Source: Eledone cirrhosa
Taxonomy: Eukaryota
DNA length: 64,000 bases
Direction of reading: 5' to 3'
NCBI GenBank assembly: GCA_964016885.1
Contig: OZ024742.1
Location: 290,222,001 to 290,286,000, forward strand
Shown: piece after piece, positions 48,090-61,675 of the stretch
How the letters are laid out: the number at the start of each line of letters is the position of its first letter
Numbering within the stretch: position 1 is the first letter of the stretch
Translations under genes and position numbers: made by a program
The notes under the pieces: model-generated
What the model saw: the letters and a program-made list of their open reading frames with translations, nothing else
Databases searched by the model: none
Told to the model about the DNA's origin: nothing

Positions 48090-50800
48090 AGAAAGGGTGG
48101 TGTGGGCGAAAATGGAAGGATGGAGTAGGGGTGCCGGTGGGGTGTAATTGGGTTCAGAGGTGCCTACTGACTAGAGGTTTAAGTTTGTACATCAGGGAAG
48201 GCAGGTCTTCAGTATTACTGCATAGTGCCAAAGATCTTGATCTAGTGACATTGTCACTTACACAGAGGTGCAAGTGTGCAAGGTCAGTTTTTATCACCTC
48301 GTCCCATGTTTTTCTGGGTCTACCTACTCCTTAGCTTCCATCAATTTTGATCGCCCTGCACTTTTTTATACAGCTGTCATCTTCCATACGCATCACATGA
48401 CCAAACCAACGTAATCTCCTCTCAAGTAAACTGCATCTGATCCCTCTTATTCCTAATTTCTTACTTAGAACACCCTCCTCCACTGCTGAGTTTGTTACCC
48501 AGGTAACGGAAAGTGCCTACTATTTCTATAGAACCAGTGGACCCTTGCTACTTACTGCACCTGAGTTTTGGCCACATATAAAATATACATTCCCACTACA
48601 TCTTTTATGTGCCCATAGTTTGCATTTGGGGCATAGAATGGAATTTCTACCTATTCCTTTCTTACACACTGAGAATGCCCATTTCCCAGAGGGCACCTGT
48701 GCTCTATTTTCCTTTCTAAATACTAGAACTTAGTTATCTTAAGACCTTTTGATTCTAGGACATGCTTCCATGTTTGGAATTTCTTCTCTAGTTCAACCAT
48801 AGATTCAGCTATGAGAGTTGGAACATCTGCATATAGAAGTTCCCATGGGCAGCCAGTCTTAAACTTTTCTGTTATAGCCTGCAGGACAATAATAAACAGT
48901 AGGGGGCTAAGGACGGAGCCTTGGGGAACACCTACTTCTACGCTAAACTCTTCCCTATATTCATTGGTAATTCTAACCTTGCTGACTGTTCCTCTATACA
49001 TGGCTTGTATAGTTCTCACAAGCCACTCATCTACTCCTAGTTTTCTAAGAGCCCACAAGTTACTGGAGCGGGGGACTCTGTCAAAGACTTTCTCCAAGTC
49101 AACAAAAGCTAAGTAGTGGGGTTTACATTTAGCTAGGTACTTCTGTAGTTGCCGTACAAGGAAGAGAGCATCCATAGTACTTTTACCTGGCACAAACCCA
49201 AACTGCATTTCATCCTGATCAATTCAGTCTCCAATCAGTTGCGCAATAACTCTTTCTTTGACCTTTATGACCTGGTCAACTAACTTAATGCCTCTATAGT
49301 TTTCTCTATCTAGAGCCTCTCCTTTGCCCTTGTAGCAGTTAACGATGATGCTACTATACCAGTCATTTGGTATGACCCCATTCTGTATTACTTGGTTTAC
49401 TATCCGGGTGACCATAGTATGTCCCACCATTCCAGATGCTTTCAACATTTCAGCAACTATCTCCGAAGGCCCAGTTGCCTTGCATGTCTTCATATCTTTG
49501 ATTACCTTACTTATTATACTACCATTAACTTGCACAGCTGGTCCCTCTATTGGATCAATTTGGGGCAGACTATCTTTTTCCCATTCATTCTCTTCATTTA
49601 GTAGTCTCTCGTAGTGACACTTCCAAGCTACCTTCTTATCAGTGTAAGTGAGGGCAAGTACACTATCATCATTACGGACACACTTCTCCCCGAAAATATC
49701 ACAATTTTCCTTGACTCATTGTCTTGCAATCCTGAACACCTCACGTTTATGGTCTTCGCGTTGTAGAACATGCTTGAACTTTCTATCCTCTGCTTCCCTT
49801 CTTGCAAAGTAGACTTATCGCCTAGCTTCTCTCCTAACCACCTGATAGTGTTCTCTACTTCCCCACATCCCACCATTCTTTCCAAGCTTGCCTTTTGGCC
49901 TTGATGGTCTCCTCCACTTTACTGTTCCACCATGTTACTCTTCTGCCTAAAGGTTTGCTCCAGCCACAGATTTTTCTCTGTCGCCTTCAGCAGATTAACT
50001 TTCAGGAATACTCACTCTTTCTCTATATTGTACATCTCTAATTGCTCTTCCTTACTGTCAAAAGTATCAAGTAATATGCTTTTAAATTTGTTACTGGCTG
50101 TGGGGTCCTTCAACTTCCATATTCTTCTCCTCAAGGTAGACTTCTGTCATCGATCGAGTACGTCTAGTCCCGACTATGAGGCCACTAACTATTAGGCTAT
50201 GTTGGGAGGTGCATTCTTCATGAAGGAGGGACTTAGTGTTTACGATAGACACATTGTCTCATCTTCTAGGAAGGATAAAATCTATCTGGCTGGCGTGTTC
50301 CCCTGATCTATAGCTGATCACGTGATTGTCTTGATTTTTAAATTTGTGTTACAGATAGTTAAATTATTCTGTCATTCACTCTATGGCAATTACCTTATCT
50401 ACCCAGTTTTCTGCTAATTCCTACTCCACCCAGCCCATTGTCACATCCTATCTAGAAAAGTTTAAAGCATCGTTGTTTGCCCACAACGAATCTAGCAGAC
50501 CCACCCCTCCACCTGGTCTCTTGAACACAACAAACATCAACTTCCTTACATTCAAACATCTCTACAACCTCATTTGAGTGACCTTTAAATATGCCTTCAT
50601 TCATGTTACCAACTCTGAAGTTTTGGAGTTCGCTGGGAGAGAGGAAGGGATGAGATGGGGGCACAGTGAGGGGTGTGGGAGACGGAATTGTGTTGGTTTT
50701 GGTCTTCCATGTCTGAAATAAAGAGGAGTGTTTGCATGCTCGTCCAGAGATGGAAGGTGAATTTATCTTTGTCATTGTGAGTGCTCAGACTCTCCATCTC
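48090..50800 (-). mobile_element. Degraded near-full-length RTE LINE with internal deletions
   Basis: Fragments 50452..50775 (DVCCVQETRW), 49224..49535 and 48723..49208 (RT), plus PHD and 3' remnants. Confidence 0.9.
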
Positions 50801-51639
50801 TGAAGTCCATTTATCATACCGAACAACAATCAGGTTTAAGGAGTATTTTAAAGCTTTGCGATCGAGATTTTATGTTAGAAACCTTACTATAAACCACTGG
50901 GTTTTGATTGGACCAAATAACTATGGTGGTGAATGAGGGTGGGTGGGAGGAAAATGGGTAACTTTTGGAGATCTGTTTCAAATGTGTGAGAGATAAAAAG
51001 ATAATAACAATAAGTATGGACAAAACGAAATTCCGAGAGAGAAAAGTTAATGCTAGAACAATCTATACAAACAAAAATGACCAAGTATACTTAGTAAGTA
51101 TACTTTTCAAATGTGTCTTTTTTTTTCAAAATCGACCAGCACTTAGATAAGCCATAAGACTGGTTTTATCATCCCTTAGCTTAATAGTAAAAACAGTCAG
51201 CCAGAATTCAATAGATACGAGTTTGTTTCTTCATAGTAGCTGCTGGACACGTTTTGAAACTAATTAAGAATTTAGAATGATTTAGTAATATAAATAACTT
51301 TCTCATTATTAAGTTGATGTTTGGAACAACTTTACAAAGGTACATAAAATTCTGATGGAAGCTCCAATTAACCCTTTTGATATGAACTTTCCCCAGGTTC
51401 TCTGATATAAAACTATTTATTTTAAAGTATATTTAGCTTCCATCATAATTTTATGCAAGAACCTATCAAAGAACATCGGATTTATATGTGGTTGATGCAC
51501 AGGTAAATAAGTAGCAAGAGCTCACAAGATACTAGCTCCTTTAAATGTCCAGTGGACTCCATAGAAGTAGTGGATAGTTTCTGATAACTGGGTGATTAAA
51601 TTACAGTAGCCACCACTGTTCACAAAAGTGTTTTCTCTC

Positions 51640-52080
51640 AAAAGCTTGCATACTCCAATGGATGTGTAATAGTAATATACATGAACGGCAAAATGTAAAT
51701 GAACTGAGTGAGAAACTAGGCATAAAAGGGATTGGATCCAGTGTGCAGGAGAGAAGATTGCAGTGGTATGGACATGTGATGGTCTGAAGGATGACAGCTG
51801 TATAAAAAAGTGGGGGCACTCAAAGTTAATGGAATCTATGGAGTAGGAAGACCTATGAAAGCTTGGGATGAGGTGATAAAAACTAACCTCATACAATTGC
51901 ACTTCTTTAAGACAATGAGACAGGATCATGATCTCTGGCATGATGCAATACTACAGAAGACCTACCTTCCCATGTGCAAGGGACGAAGCAATGTCTAGTG
52001 GTCTTTAGTATGCACGTCTCCCGCCCTCCCCTTCCATAATCCTACCACATCTTAATCATTCCACTACTTACCACCTCATA
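51640..52080 (+). mobile_element. RTE 3' fragment
   Basis: GVGRPMKAWDEVIKTNL...DLW matches the RTE C-terminus. Confidence 0.8.
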
Positions 52081-53313
52081 GACATTAATATCTATTCGTT
52101 TTAAAGTGTTATATTTATCTAAAAATCCAGCACGCCCGAATCATGAAACATCTGCATGCATGTGCAAAATCTGAAGAAAATCAACTGGATACTCTTTAAG
52201 CGTACTAAATCTTAGACAATGATTTTTCTTCCATTTGGAGAAAATCGGTTAGGTACTTTTCGAGTTTTATAGATTTGCACCCAGTCATCCGGACAGACAT
52301 CATCAGTTATGTCTATTGCACCTGCATGCATACTGTACAGAGTAAAGTCTGCAATGCTTGAGTAAGACATGTCATGCAACCACACAGCATGTTGGCCTTC
52401 CCCAGAGGAGACCATAGCCCCTTTGTAAATCTACCAAATCTGATATAGACCAAACTGTTATATCGAATGCCGTACGCTTCGAAGTTACTATTGGGGTCAC
52501 CGCGGAATTAGCACAACTGCTGTTTGACGTACTTGCGCAGGGCATTCATACTGACTGTTGCTTTGGGTCTGTGTACCGGGTTCCCAAAGTCCTTGTATTT
52601 ATAATAATGCTATAGTTAGAAGGATGTGTATATGAGGTTGATTTATGCTCAGCCATGTGATGATCGTCTCCCAGGTAGCTTTTGTCCACAGCAATGCGAG
52701 GGGACTAACTAATGTGTGCTGCAAATTTCGAGGAAATCAGCTGGATTATCTTTAAGTTACACCTCAAAAAAGCCTAAAAATGCCTAAAAAATGGAGGTTT
52801 TCACCTAGGACAGAAAAAGTTTAAAATTTTTTTAGCCCATTGCACTTCAAGAAATATAAGTAACGATGTATAAAGTTAGAAAAAAATTGGTCGGTTACTT
52901 CTCGAGTTTTAGAGATTTACACAGACAGACATCCTCTGTTTTATATATATAGAGAGTACATAATAAACAAGACACTATAATTATTCCATTTCTGAAGGTT
53001 TCCAGAAACTAGATGATTCTTACAGAAACGTCCAGCTCATTTGTCAGATAAAATAATAGAATAATTATATTGTGTTGTTTATTATGTAATTAAATAGGTT
53101 TGTACAATATGTAGAGCACTCTTCTTTCTTTTATCTTTTCTACGGAAATACTTCACACACATATAATATACCATTAATATTATAGTTATAATATTAATGG
53201 TATATTCATTTACTAGTTGATCTATAGCTCGATGTAGTAGGCTTCATGTGGAGCTAGAGCTGTTATACATTAAAATTTAAATGACATCAAAGATTTAAAG
53301 CATATTTATATAT

Positions 53314-56116
53314 ATCATCATCATCATCATCATCATCATCGTTTAACGTCCATCTTCCACGCTTGCATGGGTTTGGACGGGAGTTTTCCCACCTGAGGCA
53401 AGATTGGTTGTCCTGTTCGTATAGGACTGTTTGGCGGGTTTTCTACGGCTGGATGCCCTTCCTAACACCAACCACGTTTGCAGTGTGGACTGGGAGGTTT
53501 TTACCATGTTACCTACCTGGCCACATTACAGCGTGGACTGTGTGTTTCTTTTGTCTTGACACCTTCACGACCTCATTTGTTTCGGACTGGATGTTGTGGT
53601 ACCAACATAACTTCACATTTAAGGAGGTGGTGTGGATGGGGTGGGGGTAGTGGGACGGGGTGTATTTCGTTAGAGGTGACTGTAGGTTTTGCTTTGTACT
53701 TAGGCAAGGCGGGTCTCCTGTATAACTGTGTAGCGCCAAAGCTCTCGGTCCAGTGACATTGTCTTGGAGAGCTGTGAGGTCGGAATTTATCAAGTCGTCC
53801 CAGGTTTTTCTGGGTCTCCCTACTCCATGGCTACCGTCTATTTTTATCGCCCTGCACTTTTTTATACAGCTGTCATCTTTCATGCGCATCACGTGACCAT
53901 AACAACGTAGTCTTCTCTCGAGTAAACAACATCTGATCCCTCTTATTCCTAATTTCTCCCTTAGTTCGTTTATGCTTTGCCGTTCACGTATATTACTATT
54001 ACACATCCAGCGGAGCATCCAAGCTTCGTTTCTCTCTAGTCTGCGTATATCCTCTTCACACAATGCCCAGGTCTCACTGCCATGTAACATTGCTGTTCGT
54101 ATGCAGGCATCATACAGCCTGCCTTTCATTTTTAGAGAGAACCCTTTAACGGCCAATAGTGGTATAAGCTCTCTGAACTTTTTCCATCCCGTTCTGACTC
54201 TAGCTACTGTACTTTCAGAGCACCCTCCCCCACTGCTGATTTTGTCACCCAGGTAACGGAAGCTGTCCACTATTTCTATAGAACCATCTGTGCAATTGAA
54301 TGAGTTAGTATTCTGTGGGCACTTGCTGCTACTTATTGCACCAGAGCTCCGGCCACATATAAAATCTATATTCTTAGTTAGCTTACCTGTGATCCCACTA
54401 CATCTTTTATGCACCCATACTTTACATTTGGGACATAAAATGGAGTTTTTGCCTACTCCTTTCCTACACACTGAGCATGGCCATTTCCCAGATGGGACCG
54501 GTGCCTTATTTTCCTTCCTACAAACTAGAACTTTAGTCTTAGACAAGTTAACTTTAAGGCCTTTTGATTCTAGGCCATGCTTCCATGTTTGGAATTTCTT
54601 CTCTAGTTCAGCCATTGATTCAGCTATGAGCTTTAGATCATCTACATATAGGAGTTCCCATGGGCAACCGGTCTTGAACTCCTCTGTTATAGCCTGAGGG
54701 GCAATAATAAATAGTAGGGGGCGAAGGACGGAGCCCTGATGAACACCAACTTTTACGCTAAACTCTTCACTATATTCGTTGTTAATTCTAACCTTGCTGA
54801 CTGTTTCTTTATACATGGCTTGTATAGCTCTCACAAGCCATTCATCAACACCTAGTTTTCTAAGGGCCCACCAGATAATCGAGCGGGGTACTCTGTCAAA
54901 GGCTTTCTCCAAGTCAACAAAAGCTAAGTATAGGGGTTTACCTTTAGCTAGGTACTTCTCCTGTAGTTGTCGTACAATGAAAAGAGCGTCTGTTGTACTT
55001 TTACCTGACACAAACCCGAACTGCATTTCGTCTAGATCAATTCGCTCTCTGATTAGTTGCGCTAGTACTTTTTCTGTGACCTTCATGACCTGGTCAATTA
55101 ATTTAATGCCTCTATAGTTTCCCCCATCTAGGGCATCACCTTTACTCTTGTAGCAGTTAATGATGATGCTGCTGCGCCAGTCCTTTGGAACGACCCCATT
55201 CTGTATGACTTGGTTTACTATCCAGGTGACCATAGTGTGTCCCACCGTTCCAGATGCTTTCAGCATTTCGGCAACTATTTCCGAAGGCCCGGCCGCCTTG
55301 CCCGTCTTCATATCTTTGATTGCCTTACTTATTATACTACCTTCAATTTGCACTGCTGGTCCCTCTAGTGGGTCGATGTGGGGGAGACTGTCTTTCTCCC
55401 AATTATTCTCCTCATTTAGTAGCCTTTCGTAGTGACACTTCCAAGCTACCTTCTTATCAGCGTCAGTGATGGCAAGAACACCATCATCATTATGGACACA
55501 CTTCTCCCCGACAATATCAGTTTTCCTTGACACATTGCCTACCAATCCTGAACACCTCACGTTTTTGGTCCTCGCGTTGTAGAACATGCTTGAACTTTCT
55601 TTCCTCAGCTTCCCTTCTTGCGAAGTACACTTGTCTCCTAGCTTCCCTCCTGGCCACTTGATAGTCTTCTCTACTTCCCCCATCCCGCCATACTTTCCAG
55701 GCCTGCTTTTTGGCCTTGATTGACCTCTCCACCTTACTCTCCTCCTGCCTATAGGTCTGCTCCAGCCACAGGTTTCATCTGTCGCCTTCAGCAGATTAGC
55801 TTTCAGGAATTCCCACTGTTCCTCTATATTGTACGAGTCTAATTGCTCTTCCTTACTATCAAAAGCGTCAAGTAATATGCTTTTAAATTTATTACTGGCT
55901 GTGGGGTCCTTTAACTTCCATATTTTTCTCCTGAGGATAGTCCTCTTCTGTTGTCGAGTACGTCTCGTCCTGACTATGAGGTCGCTAATTATGAATCTAT
56001 GTTGAGAGGTGCATTCTTCATGGGGGAGGGATTTAGTGTTTACAACAGACACTCTGTCACGTCTTCTGGAAAGGATATAATCTACCTGGCTTGTGTGTTC
56101 CCCCGATCTATAGGTG
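53314..56116 (-). mobile_element. 5'-truncated RTE LINE (subfamily A)
   Basis: ORF 53509..56139 with local frameshifts, YVDD instead of YADD, PHD insert, (CAT)n tail. Confidence 0.93.
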
Positions 56117-56417
56117 ATATATATATATATATATATCACATAAGAAATGGAGAATCAGTGATGCTGCGAATAAGATTTATTAGATATATTACAATCGTTT
56201 CTCTGGTTCCAGTTCGAGGCACGATCGATGCAATGATCAAACCTGACTCTGAAATCGCAGGATTCTCGGACATGTCTCGATTCTACGAAGCAGAGTTTCC
56301 ATTTTGTAGCACCACTGATTCTCCGTTTCTTATGTGATATTATCCTCTGCTCTGTAAGAGCATTGAGTGCTCAAATGGCATACCGCTTATGGACGCTTTA
56401 AGCATCCCACACCAATT

Positions 56418-56754
56418 ATCATCATCATCATCATTTTACATCCACTTTTCACTGCTTGCAAGGGTGGGACGGGAACTGATTCTTGCTTGATTTCTACAGC
56501 TGGATGCCCTTCCTAACATCAACCTCATCTACAGTGAGTGCTGGGTGCTTTTTTGCCGTGGCACCTCCACAACCACTTTGCAGTGGAATGATAGGGACCC
56601 CAGTCCCTATCATCTCATTTCTACAGGTGAGTAAACTGGAGCAATGTGAAATAAAGTGTCTTGCTCAAGGAAACAACACATCACCCGGTCTGAGAATTTA
56701 ACTCAACCTTTCGGTTGCAAGCCCAATGCTCTAACCACAAACCCATGTGTCTCC
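56418..56754 (-). mobile_element. tRNA-derived SINE, family 2
   Basis: Reverse complement of 44378-44723. Confidence 0.87.
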
Positions 56755-57114
56755 ATATATATCTTTATATATATGATGATGATGATGATCCATTAGAAGG
56801 GGCATGCACTGAAGAAACCAAGTCAAAATCAGTTCTCTATGAGTAAGACATGGTCACCGGACCTGGCATTGTTCACAACAGGACAACTTGTGTAACCCAT
56901 GCTAATGTGGAAAAATGGATGTTAAATGGTGATGATGATGATGTTGATAATAATGATGATAATCATAATTACAGAACAAAGCTTGTCAAATAGAATGGAC
57001 ACGGCTTCGATTGTTTCTTCACTCATCCAATAATTTAATTAAGTCCATGTAGATAGATAGATAGATATGTTATAAATAGATAGATAGATAGATAGATATG
57101 TTATAAATAGATAT

Positions 57115-60100
57115 GTTTCTTTATTAGCCAGAGGGGCACAAAAGAAGGAGACAATTACAAAGGGGGGTGTTTACATACAATAAAAATGTGTAAAATGTTA
57201 TCACTATTGTAAATTAAAAATTAATCGATTTTCCCCAATAGGGGGAGACATTACATATGGGTAACATATACCCCCGAAAAAATGTGCAACCCTCATCTCA
57301 AGGAGTACGAAGAGTTTGTACCTCTTTCCTCTCTTCCTCCTTTTCCTCAACCTACAGGCTGATATAGAGAGAGGGCCCATTCACTCGGGCCATTCTCGCC
57401 ACTTTCACCCACCTTTCATAAAACTTGCTGGGGTACAGCACCTCTCTCTCCATCCTGCTTCTTCTTCCAAAGTGGTATTTGAAAAAAAGAATCAGTTGGC
57501 CAGAGAGAAAGGTGTCTGACCTCAGCCCTTTTAACCTCGTCCACCATACAACCTCTTTCGCCATAGCTATCACACAAAGGAAAACCTCCTCTCCTTCGTT
57601 TTTGAAGGAGGGTGGCGGTTTGATCATGACAATGGACTTGGAGGTCAACTGGACTGGTCCCACCCGCGACAATAGTCGTTCTACATAGCCCCACAGGTCG
57701 GTAACGCCCGGGCAGTGTACAAATGCGTGCGCGATGGTTTCCTCGCGCACGCATCTCGGACAGATCTTTTTCGAACGCTCCCTGCTCGGGCGCCCGTGTC
57801 TGTAGAGCTTGTCTCGAACTGGTAGAGCTCCTCGGTAGCACTACCAGGCCAGGGACTTTTGGAAGTTGTCCATCGGTCCCAGGCGGAAGGTTCTACCGAA
57901 CAGACTGGCCAGTTCGTCTTCCTCTACGCCCAGAGCTTCTCCGAGCGTGTCATCGCTCTTGCTGCGGACCAACCCTCTATAGAATGACGAATGGAGTTTC
58001 CACTGATCGCCGGGTCCGCCTGCCTAAGGGCTGTGAGCGCCTGAGCACATTCGATGTGCCAGTCGCCCATTTTCCTCGATCTTTGCTTGACCCAGGACTG
58101 CAGCTCGGTCAGCGAGACGAGTCGTGGGAATGCTCGTCTCATGAACGGGGACCACACCGGTTGTCCAGTGAGGAATACGTGGAGGTGCCGCAGCCTGAGC
58201 GCGTGTTTGAGCATCGTCAGCCACGGCATCCCCAGCCCTCCGTTTGAAAGGGTGTTGGCAGCAGATGGATCTTCTTACCAAAGGAGCCCGCTTCTTCCAA
58301 AGGAATTGGAAGAGCGTGCGCGTTTTGGCTGGACAAGGCACGGCGGTCAAATGGTAGTAGATGACGGACGCTATAAAAGTGTTCGCCACCTCCGCTCGAC
58401 CTTTCAAGGATAGTTTGCACTCGGCCCACTTCTGGTTGAGTGCAAACACCTTGGCCGTCACCTCGTTCCAGTTCTTCTCCACCTGGAGGTCCGGACCAAA
58501 CCAGACCCCAAGCAGCTTTACCGGCCCTTCCGTCCAGCGTCCGACGACGCCATCGGAAGGCATCGGTTTGCCTCCACGATCCGAGTTGCAAACCGATGGA
58601 CATGTCCCGGTTCAGCTTCGCTCCTGTGAACCTTTTGTATTCCTTCAGTAAGATGCCAACTTCCTCAATTTGCGAGGTGTTCGACACCATTACTGTTACG
58701 TCGTCGGCGTAGGCCGATGCCGCTTTCTGCAGTCCCGGTTCCAGAGGGATGCCCTGCAATAGCTCCAACTTCCGCAGTAGTGGCTCGAGAATCAGTACGT
58801 ACAGAATGGATCGCGTGATATGGAACGGCTCTGAGAGGTAGCCGTTCACTTTGACCCTTGAACAGATGTTGCTGTTGTGCATTGCAGCAATCCAGCCCCT
58901 GAACACGGGTCCAAAGCCTGCCGCCTCGAACACTACATCCAGGTAACGATGGTGAACCCTATCGAAAGCCTTAGACTGATCCAAGTTGATCAGGGCCCCA
59001 CTGGGTTTACACCCTACCCTCTCTATGATGTATCGCATGAGGTGGAGGTTGTTGTGTATGGACCTGGTCGGGATTGCGCATGTCTGCGCTTCTCCCACCA
59101 GGTTTTCAACGACAAGTGCCAGCCTCTTTGCCAACACCTTGGCCAAAAGCTGTAACTCTGTGTTTAGCAGAGTTATGAACGGAAGTTGCCTATGTCGAGA
59201 CCTGGAGATTTGCGTTTGTCGCATTGGCTCAGCATATCCCCTATCTCAGCGGCTGAAATCGACTTTTTGCAGAACTTCACCTCGCTGTCCGAGAGTCGCG
59301 GTACGCCGTTGAGATATGGACCAAAATCCATAGCCCCTCCCGGTGCGCTGCCCTCACCGAACAGCTGAGCAAAGTGCCGCTGAAAGGCCGCGCACATCTG
59401 CTTCGGCTCACGTATCACGCGTCCGTCTTGGTCCTTCAGAGACCGAATTGTTGACTTGTTGCCACTTTTTGCCTCCGTCACCCGGGCCCAGCTAACAGCT
59501 TTGGCTCCCTCGTTACCCAGAGCACGAATTTTGCTTCTGACAATGCAGCCCTCATGCTTTGTGTGGAAGAACTGGTCCAAGGCCGTTCTCGTTGCTAGCA
59601 CGCTGGCTACGTTTCCACTTCTAATTGCCTCTTCTACTTTATCTATCAGTTCCTTCTCGGTACTATTTCTATTTAACGTTAATTCTTTACTAAAAACTAG
59701 CGAGTCTAATCTAACTGCCCTCTTGAGAGAGTACCACCATCTGTTGTTGACAATGGCCCCTGTCAAGTGCTGTTTAACTAAAGTGCTAATTCGCCTATTG
59801 TAGGCTTTGCATGTCGGTAATGACACGTTCAGCTTCCAGTAGCCGGGTCCTTGTCTATGGGTTCTATCAAGGTTGACCATGCAGGTCACTAGTTTGGGAT
59901 CTGAATAGGCAACCATGAACATTTGTGGACAGCTTAACATGTCCCTATCTTTATTTCTAACTAGAACCCTATCTAGGTACGATCTAGATGTTCCGCTGCG
60001 ATTAGTCCACGTCCACAGTGGCACAGTCGGAAAATCTAGTCGATATCTATCGGCCAGGTCAAATCGGCCGATTAACTGTTTGAGGCTGTTACACTCCCCT

Positions 60101-61675
60101 TTATCGGGACATGCTCCCACATAGTCCCAACATGCATCTAGGATTCCATTCCAGTCCCCCACTAAAAGCAAGGAGTGGGACGTTCCCAGAAAAGTCCCTA
60201 GACGTTTGAAGAAGTCTGGCCATGGTGTCCCGGATGGAGTTTATATAGCCACCAGCCTGAAGGCTCCACCTTCACTACCGTCAACGTCTAGGACCACCAG
60301 TCGACCCTCCAGGTCCAGATGTATCGTCTGTGTTACGAGGTCCAGGTGTTTCCGCAGCAAAACGGCAAACCCACCCCCACCTCCCGGCTGACAGAGAGAT
60401 GCGTAGATCTCAAAGTCGTCGAAGATGGGGGCCAGCTGTCACCCGCTGTGGATCCTGGACTCACAAATGGCTACTACATCCATACTGTGCAACCTGAGGT
60501 CATTTAAGAGTTTACCCTGTTTCCAGGTCATCCCCAGGCCGCGTACATTCACACATCCAACTCTTTTATTGGCCATGTTGATGCTGAAAAGTTAAAAGAA
60601 GAGGAAAAGAAATCACTCACCTCTTCGTCTCCTGGGGACCAGGCTGCACAATGTCCATGGGCGTGTTGGAGGGGTTGTTTGGTAGAGTTCCTGGCGAGGT
60701 GGGGACGGAGATATTTGGTGGGGAGGGGGTGTCTGGTAGGGTGGGGGTGGGGAAATGTTTCAAGAGGACGCGGTTCGTTGGTTTAAAACACATATTCCCC
60801 ACGTCCTCAGCAAAGTTTTCCTTTAAGGACTTATAGGTGTCCGTAAGAACCCTAATCATCCTTAAATTAGGTTTGTCTTTACATTTGGTAAAATATTTCC
60901 CTTCGGTTTCCACGGAAGGGTTTTTGGAGATGACCTCCATCAAGATTTCATTGTCAGTGTTTATGTATGTATAATATTTTTGTTGTGTTGTGTTAGTTTT
61001 TGTCTGTTGTTCTTGTGTGTGTTTTCGTTTTGTTGTGGGTATTTGTGTTTGGAGTGTTGTCATTGTTTTGTTTTCGGGAGGGGGGATTTTTGTTTGTAAT
61101 ATTTGTGTTGTTTGTGTTGGTGGTTGTGTGTTTATTGCCTTTTTGTTTGTGTTATATCTTTTTTTCTTTTTTTTGGAGCAGAGTGGTTCTCCCTCATCAC
61201 CACTGAATGATGACGAGGGGGCCTCGTCCGTTGTCGTGTCTGTGTTATTTGGAAGGGGTATGTTTTGGGGAGCTGTTGTGTTTGTGGGTGTTTTTGCAGT
61301 GGTTTTAGGTGGAGTGGGGTTGGGTGGGACTGTGCTTGCAGTTTGGTTTGTTGTTCTTGTTTTGGTCATGTTTGTGTGTTGTTGTTGTTGTTGCGATGGT
61401 GGTTGTGTTGTTGTTTTGGGTGTTGGCAGTAGTGCCTCTTGTTTTTTCGTAGTTAGCTGAGGACAGTAAACCTTCAGGTGACCACTGCTTAAACAGTGGT
61501 AACATGAAGGCCGCCTACTCTCAACAGAAATATTTATGTGTGAAATCCCATCCAGAGGCACACGTTGGGGGTATTTTAGCTATCCGTTCTGGCCTCATTT
61601 GGACCAGAACTTCCAGGCTTGTACCATTGAATGTGCCTCTGGAGGACTTTCCCACTGAAATAATGGTGTCTTCAA
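57115..61675 (-). mobile_element. L1/Tx1-like LINE (ORF1 with CCHC knuckle; ORF2 57352-60576 APE-RT-CCHC, frameshifted), 5'-truncated in ORF1
   Basis: ORF1 CYHCLSSGHLKVYC. ORF2 MANKRVGCVNVRG, LVGDWN, SYLDRV, GYWKLN, NLDQSKAFDRV, AYADDVT, EETIAHAFVHC. AATAAA on the minus strand near 57120. Confidence 0.9.

Noticed and set aside
52990-53035. Second hammerhead candidate (CTGAAGG...GAAACGTC)
   Set aside because: The core deviates from CUGANGA and no convincing stem II/stem I pairing was found.
60990-61460. Hydrophobic Val/Cys-rich ORF resembling a membrane protein
   Set aside because: Antisense of the Thr/Gln/Asn-rich low-complexity part of the Tx1-like ORF1.
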